From: Gemmatimonadales bacterium | Lineage (GTDB): Bacteria > Gemmatimonadota > Gemmatimonadetes > Gemmatimonadales > GWC2-71-9 | Assembly: GCA_037189525.1 (NCBI GenBank) | Contig: JBBCJC010000002.1 | Span: 512,001-576,000 of the forward strand | DNA length: 64,000 nt | Direction: 5' to 3' | Part shown: positions 51,598 to 59,328 of the stretch, one piece after another | Numbering within the stretch: position 1 is the stretch's first letter | How the letters are laid out: every line of letters starts with the position of its first letter | Position numbers and translations under genes: made by a program | Notes under the pieces: generated by a model | Told to the model about the DNA's origin: nothing | What the model saw: only the letters and a program-made list of their open reading frames with translations | The model's database searches: none

Positions 51598-51654
51598 TTT
51601 CATATCGTACGACATATCGTACGATAGGGTTTCGTGGTTGTCAAGATATATCGT
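51598..51654. promoter_or_regulatory. Array of ACGA(C/T)ATATCGT-like operators in the divergent padR / ABC promoter
   Basis: Tandem CATATCGTACGA x2 (51601-51624), ACGACATATCGT (51609-51620) and AAGATATATCGT (51643-51654). Confidence 0.65.
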
Positions 51655-51768
51655 CAGACATGTCTGCGTTCCATGCCGAAACTTGGCGCGATCCGTTGCG
51701 TATACATGCAGCAAAACAGCTCTATCACTGATTTACTGGTCGGCTCTCCGTCAACGAGGGAGGCGTGC

Positions 51769-52725
51769 GTGCGGCTCGAGGAGCAAGACCTGGTCATCAA
51801 GACCAGTGGGCTCAGGAAATCGTTCAAAAACGTCAATGTGCTGCAGGGGCTGGATCTGGAGGTCCGACGCAACTCGATCTTCGGCTTTCTGGGCCCGAAC
51901 GGCGCCGGCAAGACCACGACGATCAAGCTGCTGCTCGGTCTGGCGCGGCCGACCGATGGTGCGGCCACGCTGTTCGGGTTCGACAGCCAGCGGGATACTC
52001 TCGAAGTGCGGCGCCGGATCGGGTACCTGGCCCAGGATCCGCGCTTCTACGATTACATGACCGCGCGCGAGACGCTCCGGTTCACGGCGCGTTTCTTCTT
52101 CCAGCCGGCGGGGCTCGAACGGCACATCGACGAGACGCTCGAACTGGTGGGGCTGACCGACAAAGCGGACCGTCCCATCCGCGGCTTTTCCGGCGGTGAA
52201 CGCCAGCGGCTCGGCATTGCCCAGGCGCAGATCAGCAAGCCGGAGTTGCTGATCCTCGACGAGCCGGCGGCGTCGCTTGATCCGATGGGCCGTCGCGACG
52301 TGCTGGAGGTGATGGGGCGGCTTCGGCAGCACACCACGATTTTCTACTCGACCCACATTCTCGAAGACGTCCAGCGGATCAGCGATACCGCCGCGATTCT
52401 CCACCACGGCAAGCTGCTCGCGCACGCGTCGATGGGTGACTTGCTGACCGATCAATCCGGCGGCACCTACCTGGTCGATCTGGTCGGCGCCACCGATGCG
52501 ACCCGTCACCGGGTCGCGGGCCTGCCGTGGGTGACGGGCCTCGAAGAAACGACCAGCTCTGACGGTACCCACTGGCGCGTCTCGACCGGTGACGCCTCGG
52601 CCGCCGAGTCGGACTTGCTGCGCACGATCCTGGCCGACGACTCGGTTCGGGTCCGGAGCTTCGGGCGCCGCCGCCATCGGCTGGAGGACGTGTTCGTCAC
52701 GATGATCGAAGGGGGAACTGCCTGA
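51769..52725 (+). CDS. ABC exporter ATP-binding protein
   Basis: GGGAGG RBS with GTG start; GPNGAGKTT, FSGGE, LDEP and STH. Confidence 0.93.
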   Translation: MRLEEQDLVIKTSGLRKSFKNVNVLQGLDLEVRRNSIFGFLGPNGAGKTTTIKLLLGLARPTDGAATLFGFDSQRDTLEVRRRIGYLAQDPRFYDYMTARETLRFTARFFFQPAGLERHIDETLELVGLTDKADRPIRGFSGGERQRLGIAQAQISKPELLILDEPAASLDPMGRRDVLEVMGRLRQHTTIFYSTHILEDVQRISDTAAILHHGKLLAHASMGDLLTDQSGGTYLVDLVGATDATRHRVAGLPWVTGLEETTSSDGTHWRVSTGDASAAESDLLRTILADDSVRVRSFGRRRHRLEDVFVTMIEGGTA

Positions 52726-53510
52726 TGAGCCTCGTACCTGCGGTGTCGTCCGGCTGGTCCGCCGGTTTCGCCAACCTGCTCGGCAAGGAACTCGGCGCTT
52801 GGTGGGCAACTCGGCGCTGGGTGATTCATCTGTTGCTCTGGCTCGGCGCGATTGCCGGGTTCATCCTGATGGGCACGCTGGCCCAGTATCGGACCTCGAC
52901 CAACCCGGCCGGCGATATCGAGGAACTGATCGAGATGTTCTTCCATCTGGGCGGATTCTTCGGGCTGATCGGCGCCGTGCTGGTGACCCAGGGCGCGGTG
53001 GTGGGCGAGCGCGAGTCGGGAACGGCGGCCTGGGTGCTCACCAAGCCGACGACGCGTTCCGCCTTCATCCTGTCGAAGTTTGCCGCGATTGCGCCGACCT
53101 TTCTGCTGCTCTCGCTGGTGCTGCCGGCCGTGGCCACAATGGTCATCCTCACGGTGTTCTGGGGCAGCGCGCCTCCGTTGGCGCACTTTGCGGAGGCCGT
53201 AGGCATCCTGGCGGTGCATCAGACGTTCTACATCGCGCTGACGCTGATGCTCGGTACCCTGTTCCACTCCCGGGTCCCGGTGGGCGGGGTGGCCCTCGGC
53301 TTCTGGATTTCCGGTTTCATCCTGCCGAACGTCAAGTTCTTCGCGAGCCTGACGCCGTATCTGCCGTGGCCGCTGACCGATGCCGCGGCCAGGATCGCGC
53401 TGTGGCAGTCGTTGCGGTATCAGGTCTGGGTGCCGGTCGTGTCGACCGCCGTTCTGATCGTGGTCTTTCTGGCCGTGGCGCTCTGGGCCTTCGAACGCGA
53501 GGAACTCTGA
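52725..53510 (+). CDS. ABC-2 type permease
   Basis: GERESGTAAWVLTKP motif; six TM segments; coupled to the ATPase gene. Confidence 0.88.
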   Translation: MSLVPAVSSGWSAGFANLLGKELGAWWATRRWVIHLLLWLGAIAGFILMGTLAQYRTSTNPAGDIEELIEMFFHLGGFFGLIGAVLVTQGAVVGERESGTAAWVLTKPTTRSAFILSKFAAIAPTFLLLSLVLPAVATMVILTVFWGSAPPLAHFAEAVGILAVHQTFYIALTLMLGTLFHSRVPVGGVALGFWISGFILPNVKFFASLTPYLPWPLTDAAARIALWQSLRYQVWVPVVSTAVLIVVFLAVALWAFEREEL

Positions 53511-53795
53511 CGGCCGAGTCGGGCGTTACGCGACGGTGACGGCGATCACGCTGGTGTGTGATGCATGGCCGGCATCTTACTCCGCAGCAATCTCGAGATG
53601 ACATAACGACCCCTCGATCCGGAGTAACTGGCCGGATCGGGGGCGTCGGCCATTCAGGAGCAGGGTCGCTGCGTGTCGCGGTGTTTTTTCGCACGGACGT
53701 TGCATAGCGATGTCTACCCACATACTCTGCTCAGTGTACTTTCCTAGAAATAGACCGACTTTTAGCCCGCATCGTTTGCGCGCCGGCTTTGCTCC

Positions 53796-54206
53796 ATGGC
53801 CGGTAAGCGAACGATCGGCGTGGAAGTGCTTCGGTCTGCTGCGCAGAAGCGCGCCGAGGCGACCTCGATCCGTGCCACGGCCGCTGAGATCGGCATGAGC
53901 TACACGGGCTTCCGGGCGTTTCTCCAGGGCGGGAAACCGCATCGGGAGACCCGCCGTCGGCTGGCGGCCTGGTATGCGATCATGCAGAGTCGGTCCGGTA
54001 CCGGAATCGGCGCGGAGGATGTTGCGGCAGCCGCCGAAGTCTTCGCGGCCTACTTGCGGCAAGCGGGTACACCCAAGCTGGTGCGAGAGCGCATTGCCGT
54101 CCTGGTCGACTCTCTGGTCGGGGAGTTCGACACGACCGGCCGGCAAACCATTGTGCCGCAGCTGGTGCAGGATCTCACCTCTATCCTCGATCGTCACGAT
54201 AGCTGA
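53796..54206 (+). CDS. Hypothetical protein with a Cro/XRE-like HTH at the N-terminus
   Basis: SIRATAAEIGMSYTGFRAFLQGGKPHRETRRRL resembles a helix-turn-helix. Confidence 0.6.
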   Translation: MAGKRTIGVEVLRSAAQKRAEATSIRATAAEIGMSYTGFRAFLQGGKPHRETRRRLAAWYAIMQSRSGTGIGAEDVAAAAEVFAAYLRQAGTPKLVRERIAVLVDSLVGEFDTTGRQTIVPQLVQDLTSILDRHDS

Positions 54207-54249
54207 CCGGCGGTGTGCCGGATCAGGTACTCGTTTTCGGCCCCATCGA

Positions 54250-54753
54250 TCAACGAAGCTGGCGGGCCACGGCACTCACGAAATTTTCTACTCCGGACAC
54301 CGGGCCGAAATCGGTATCGCTTCGGCTTCCGTCCGCCGAACGTCCGACCATCGTGGTGCGACCCGGGGTTAGTGCCAGTTCCAATGTGAAGTACCGCCCG
54401 GGCATGGCCTGCCCGTCTGCCGCCTGGGTGATCGCTACCATATACGCATCGGGTGCGATTTTCGGCGGCGGCATGACCATCGTGTGAATGACGTGCTTGT
54501 CGATTCGGCAGGTGCTGCAGGAGATGGTATCGCCCTCTCCGTCCCCATAGGGCCGCATCAGCGGCTCCAGCTCGTCCTCGCTCAGCAGACGGTGATCCAG
54601 GCAGCGCAGGCGCACCGCCGAGAGGAGCGCTTGCAGCTCACGGCGCCGGACGGACGAATCGGTGTCGAAGAGACGCGCGATTCGGTCCGGGCTGTGGAAA
54701 ACGACATCCGGCAGCACTACGTGCTCAAAGACGTATCGTACCATGTTCTGCAT
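54250..54753 (-). CDS. Hypothetical protein
   Basis: ORF with natural composition (RYVFEHVVLP...PDAYMVAI...RYFTLE); start uncertain. Confidence 0.6.
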   Translation of the reverse strand: MQNMVRYVFEHVVLPDVVFHSPDRIARLFDTDSSVRRRELQALLSAVRLRCLDHRLLSEDELEPLMRPYGDGEGDTISCSTCRIDKHVIHTMVMPPPKIAPDAYMVAITQAADGQAMPGRYFTLELALTPGRTTMVGRSADGSRSDTDFGPVSGVENFVSAVARQLR

Positions 54754-54958
54754 TGCCCTCGCGCGGCTGGTCGGATGCCGTGGGCTATTAGATGGGCTAT
54801 TCTTCTCCGTGGATTGTACTCGATCCTGCCCAGGCGTCAACCGGGGAGGGCCGCTAGCCGAGCGGGCCGAAAAGTGGACACGGGCCTACTTGCGAAGTTG
54901 ATGGCTGGGCCGGAGATTCGAGCATTCCCGCACCTCCCTGCCATCAAGTGAGCCCCCT

Positions 54959-56818
54959 GTGAAGTTGGATACACTTTTGCGTCCAGTCCGCGTCCTCGTG
55001 GCGTTGGCCGTGGTCGTCCTCGTCGCGACCGGTCCCCTCGCAGCCCAGGTCCGATCCGACTATACCAAACGGACCGAGATGGTCCGGATGCGTGATGGTG
55101 TCTCGCTCTATACCGAAATCTGGACCCCGGTGACCCGATCCGGCCCGCTGCCGATCGTGATGGAACGGACGCCCTACAACGCGGCGAACATCGCCCCCCG
55201 GATGTCGAACCGGTACCAGCTGCTGGCCGACGAGGGATACATCTTCGTGTTCCAGGATGTCCGCGGAAAGTACCAGTCCGAGGGCACCTTCATGATCATC
55301 CGGCCGCCCCGAGACACGACGCGCGGCGAACTGGTCGACGAAACGACCGATGCCAACGACACGATCGACTGGCTGCTGGCCCATGTCGAGGGGCACAACG
55401 GTCGGGTCGGCATGCTCGGGATTTCCTACGGCGGCTGGCTCACCATGATGGCGCTGATCGATCCGCACCCGGCGCTCAAGGCGACCTCACCGCAGGCGTC
55501 GCCCGACGACATGTTCCAGGGCGACGATTTCCGCCACAACGGCGCCTTCCGTTTGAGCTACGGGTTCGAGTACGTCGCCAACCTCGAGGCCGGACGGGTC
55601 AGCGAACCGTTTCGCTTCGATCGGGCCGATACCTTCGAATGGTTCCTCAGGCTGGGCGGTCTTGCCAACGTTGACGCCAAGCACTTTCACAAGAAGCGTC
55701 CGACCTGGACCGACTTTGCCTCCCACCCGAACTTCGACGAATACTGGCGCCGCCGGAAGGTGAGCCCCGTGTTTGCCGGCAAGCCGGTGACCGTACCGAC
55801 GCTTACGGTGGCCGGCTGGTGGGACCAGGAAGATTTCTACGGTCCGCTGACGATCTACGACGCGCTGGAGAAGAACGACTCGAAGGGGATCAACTATCTC
55901 GTCGTCGGCCCCTGGAACCACGGTGGCTGGGCACGAGGCGACGGCAACAGTTTGGGACCGATCCAATTCGGCTCCAACACGTCCGTGCTGTTCCGCGAAC
56001 AGATCGAGGCGCCGTGGTTTGCGTACTGGCTCAAGGATAAAGGCACGCTCGACCTGCCCGAGGCCATGACCTTCCGTCCGGGTGCGAATACCTGGCAGCG
56101 TCACGATGCCTGGCCGCCGGTGCGCAATGTGGCGCCCCAGTCGCTCTACTTCCATGCCGGTGGACGGCTCAGCTTCGAGAAGCCGTCCGCGGCTGCCGGG
56201 TTTGACAGCTATGTATCCGATCCGGCGCGTCCGGTTCCGTATCGCCAGCGGCCGATCAATCCGCTCTATGGCGGTGCGGTTCCGTCGACCTGGCCGATCT
56301 GGCTGGTCGACGACCAGCGCCATTCCCATCTCCGTCCCGATGTGCTGACCTATGAAACCGAGGTGCTCACTGAAGACGTGACCATTTCGGGCCGGGTCCT
56401 GGCGCGCCTCTTTGCCTCGACGACGGGCACCGATGCGGACTGGGTCGTGAAACTGATCGACGCGTACCCGGAGTCGTATCCCGATGACCCGAAGATGGCG
56501 GGTTACCAGCTGATGGTCGTCAACGATGTCTTTCGGGCCCGCTTCCGCAACGGTTTCGAGAAGCCGGTGCCTGTCGTGCCCAACCAGGTGACACCGTACG
56601 CCATCAGCTTGCTTGCTGCGGATTATACCTTCAAAGCCGGCCACAAGATCATGGTGCAGGTGCAGAGCACCTGGTTCCCGCTGATCGATCGCAACCCACA
56701 GAAGTTCGTGCCGAACATTTTCGAGGCGCGCGACGCCGACTACATCAAAGCGACGCAGCGCATCTATCGATCGGCGACCCAACCGAGTCGGATCGATGTC
56801 TCGGTGGTGACGCGCTGA
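54959..56818 (+). CDS. Exported CocE/NonD family hydrolase (alpha-amino-acid ester hydrolase / X-Pro dipeptidyl-peptidase-like)
   Basis: RTPY, QDVRGKYQSEG, GISYGG nucleophile elbow, DDFRHNGAF, GPWNHG and QVQSTWFPL. Confidence 0.93.
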   Translation: MKLDTLLRPVRVLVALAVVVLVATGPLAAQVRSDYTKRTEMVRMRDGVSLYTEIWTPVTRSGPLPIVMERTPYNAANIAPRMSNRYQLLADEGYIFVFQDVRGKYQSEGTFMIIRPPRDTTRGELVDETTDANDTIDWLLAHVEGHNGRVGMLGISYGGWLTMMALIDPHPALKATSPQASPDDMFQGDDFRHNGAFRLSYGFEYVANLEAGRVSEPFRFDRADTFEWFLRLGGLANVDAKHFHKKRPTWTDFASHPNFDEYWRRRKVSPVFAGKPVTVPTLTVAGWWDQEDFYGPLTIYDALEKNDSKGINYLVVGPWNHGGWARGDGNSLGPIQFGSNTSVLFREQIEAPWFAYWLKDKGTLDLPEAMTFRPGANTWQRHDAWPPVRNVAPQSLYFHAGGRLSFEKPSAAAGFDSYVSDPARPVPYRQRPINPLYGGAVPSTWPIWLVDDQRHSHLRPDVLTYETEVLTEDVTISGRVLARLFASTTGTDADWVVKLIDAYPESYPDDPKMAGYQLMVVNDVFRARFRNGFEKPVPVVPNQVTPYAISLLAADYTFKAGHKIMVQVQSTWFPLIDRNPQKFVPNIFEARDADYIKATQRIYRSATQPSRIDVSVVTR

Positions 56819-56827
56819 TGGACTGAG

Positions 56828-56853
56828 CCGGGCGGAGAGTACACTCCGCCCGG
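56828..56853 (+). other. Intergenic hairpin between the two hydrolase genes
   Basis: CCGGGCGGAG-AGTACA-CTCCGCCCGG, a perfect 10-bp stem with no U-tract. Confidence 0.55.
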
Positions 56854-56897
56854 TGTCGTTTCCGGATTGTTCCTTCGCTCTCGTTTTCGGAGTGTTC

Positions 56898-58913
56898 ATG
56901 ATGCGATCCAACTTGTGGCTTCTGATGTTGGTGCCCTCGCTGGCGTCTGCGCAGACAGCGGCCCCGTCCGGGCAAAGCGCGGCGCTGCGGCGGCTCGTCC
57001 CCACCGACTTCTACCGGATCAAGAACGTCGGCGCGCCGAAGATCTCGCCTGACGGGCAGTGGGTGGCCTATACGATGTCGACCCCGGACTCGGTCAAGGA
57101 CCGGTCCAATACCGATATTTACATGGTGAGTTGGGACGGCATGCGACGCGTTCAGCTGACGTCGTCGCCGGATGGGGAATCGAGCCCGGAGTGGAGCCCG
57201 GACAATCGCTACCTGAGCTTCCTCAGTTCGCGCGGCGGTGACAGTCGCGGTTCGCAGTTGTGGCTGATGGATCGCCTTGGCGGTGAAGGCCTCAAGGTGA
57301 CGGATGTGCGTGGCGGCATCGACGACTATGCCTGGTCGCCCGACGGAAGTCGTCTGGCCTTCGTGATTCAGGATCCCGATCCGGATACCACCAAGACCGA
57401 CGATGAGAAGCCGCCGAAGGCAATCGAAATCGACCGGTGGAACTTCAAGCGCGACTATGTCGGATATCTCGATCGCCGGCGGACGCATCTGTATCTCTTC
57501 GATCTGGCGAGCCGGAAACTGACTCAGCTGACCTCGGGCGATTTCGACGATTCGGGGCCGGCGTGGTCACCCGACGGGAAGGCAATCGCGTTTACGTCCA
57601 AGCGGGCTCCCGGCGCCGAACGGACCGATAACTGGGACCTCTACGTCATCGAGGCGCGCGAGGGGGCCGAACCGCGCGCGCTGACCACCGCGGTGAACAA
57701 CGAAGGGCGCGGCGCGACATACAGCCCGGACGGTAAGTGGATTGCCTTCCTGCAGGGCGGCGATCCCAAGTACTGGGCCTATGACAATTCCCGGGTGGCT
57801 GTGGTGCCGTCCAGTGGAGGTCCGGTTCGGGCGCTGACCGACGCCCTCGACCGGAATGTGTCGGAGCCGACCTGGTCGCAGGATGGCAAGCATATCTACT
57901 TCGTGTTCGATGATGATCGTAAGGGCGTCCTGGGCCGAGTCAGTCTCGCGGGAGGCGCCATCGAGCGGGTCAGTGATGCGGAGCAGGACCTGTCGGGGAT
58001 CAACATCGTCGGGGATCGGATTGCGTTGAGCGTCTCGACCGATACCCACCCCACCGAGGCCGCGGTGCTGGAGCGCGGCGCGCTCCGCCGAATCACGGCG
58101 CACAATGATTCACTCATGAACGTGATCGATCTCGGTCGCGCCGAGCGGTTTACTTCGACCAGCAAAGACGGCACGGTGGTCGGGAGTATGCTCTACCTTC
58201 CGCCCGACTATCGAGCCGGGCAACGGTATCCGCTTGCTCTGCACATCCATGGCGGCCCGTTTGGCCAGGACGGCCACGGCTTCGACTTCATGCGCCGTGT
58301 CTTTGCGGCGCGGGGATATGCGGTGCTCGCCGTCAACTATCGGGGCAGCTCGGGCCGCGGAGAAGCGTTCAGCACCGCCATCTTTGCCGACTGGGGCAAC
58401 AAGGAGGTCGTCGACCTGCTCGGCGCGGTCGATCAAGCGGTGGCGCGTGGCGTTGCCGACCCCGATCGCCTGGTGCTCGGCGGGTGGAGCTACGGTGGCA
58501 TTCTCACCAACTACACCATCGCGACCGACACGCGATTCAAAGCGGGCGTGAGCGGAGCGGGCAGTTCACTGCAGCTCACGATGTACGGCACCGACCAGTA
58601 CGTCTACCAGTACGAGCAGGAACTGGGGCCGCCCTGGAAGAACATCGAGCCGTGGCTCAAAGTCTCGTATCCGTTCCTCAAGGCCGATCGTATCGTCACG
58701 CCGACCATGTTCATGGGTGGCGAGCGCGACTTCAACGTCCCGATCACCGGCTCGGAGCAGATGTATCAGGCGCTGCAGAGCAATAACGTGGAGAGTCGTC
58801 TGGTGGTATGGCCGGGCATGTTTCACGGGCCCCGCACGCCGGGTCAGCGGATCGACATCATCAATCGGTATCTCGGCTGGTGGGAGCGATACGTGAAACC
58901 TGCGGTGCCTTGA
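56898..58913 (+). CDS. Exported S9 family (prolyl oligopeptidase / acylaminoacyl) peptidase
   Basis: WSPDG (PD40) repeats, IHGGP, GWSYGG and catalytic D (DFNV) and H (MFHG). Confidence 0.93.
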   Translation: MMRSNLWLLMLVPSLASAQTAAPSGQSAALRRLVPTDFYRIKNVGAPKISPDGQWVAYTMSTPDSVKDRSNTDIYMVSWDGMRRVQLTSSPDGESSPEWSPDNRYLSFLSSRGGDSRGSQLWLMDRLGGEGLKVTDVRGGIDDYAWSPDGSRLAFVIQDPDPDTTKTDDEKPPKAIEIDRWNFKRDYVGYLDRRRTHLYLFDLASRKLTQLTSGDFDDSGPAWSPDGKAIAFTSKRAPGAERTDNWDLYVIEAREGAEPRALTTAVNNEGRGATYSPDGKWIAFLQGGDPKYWAYDNSRVAVVPSSGGPVRALTDALDRNVSEPTWSQDGKHIYFVFDDDRKGVLGRVSLAGGAIERVSDAEQDLSGINIVGDRIALSVSTDTHPTEAAVLERGALRRITAHNDSLMNVIDLGRAERFTSTSKDGTVVGSMLYLPPDYRAGQRYPLALHIHGGPFGQDGHGFDFMRRVFAARGYAVLAVNYRGSSGRGEAFSTAIFADWGNKEVVDLLGAVDQAVARGVADPDRLVLGGWSYGGILTNYTIATDTRFKAGVSGAGSSLQLTMYGTDQYVYQYEQELGPPWKNIEPWLKVSYPFLKADRIVTPTMFMGGERDFNVPITGSEQMYQALQSNNVESRLVVWPGMFHGPRTPGQRIDIINRYLGWWERYVKPAVP

Positions 58914-58945
58914 GATCCGGCTTCGATTGTTTGGGATCGGTGAGG

Positions 58946-59077
58946 GGAGGGGAGGTGGGGTGTCGCTCGGGGGACGCGCTGCGCTGAGGTCGCGCGTGTA
59001 GGTTTGAGATGATCGCACGGCGGGGGCGCCGACCACGCACGACGCGCGCCCCCCGAGCGACACCCCACCTCCCCTCC
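58946..59077 (+). repeat. Long-hairpin element, copy 1 (28-bp perfect terminal inverted repeat around a conserved core)
   Basis: GGAGGGGAGGTGGGGTGTCGCTCGGGGG (58946-58973) pairs perfectly with 59050-59077. Confidence 0.85.
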
Positions 59078-59173
59078 GCGGTGTTCGGCTCTTTAATCCG
59101 TAGGAGAAGTTAGCATCGCAGATACGTAGCCCCAGCCGCTGCGTGCTAAAATCGCGTAGAGCCTCAGATCGTT

Positions 59174-59290
59174 GGCGAGGGATCGGGCAGGAGACGCCGC
59201 CAGCGCGTCAGTCGGCGCCCCGGCCCTGCGATCATCTCCGCCGTACCGGCGCGACTGCAGCGCCAGGCGTCTCCTGCCCGACCCCTCGCC
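59174..59290 (-). repeat. Long-hairpin element, copy 2 (25-bp terminal inverted repeat), inverted relative to copy 1
   Basis: 59174-59198 pairs with 59266-59290; the one mismatch is G-U on the minus strand; the core matches copy 1 at 43 of 53 nt without gaps. Confidence 0.85.
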
Positions 59291-59328
59291 TCCCCATGCT
59301 CAGAGATCCTAACCGACCGATCGACGCC

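Noticed and set aside
51601..51624. 12-bp tandem repeat as a mini-CRISPR or target-site duplication
   Set aside because: Two adjacent copies with no spacer inside a divergent promoter are better explained as operators.
58946..59290. Reading the hairpin elements as CRISPR repeats, integron attC sites or ordinary terminators
   Set aside because: There are only two inverted copies with no spacers or cas genes, no proper RYYYAAC...GTTRRRY ends or integrase, and no U-tracts; the stems are far longer than terminator stems.
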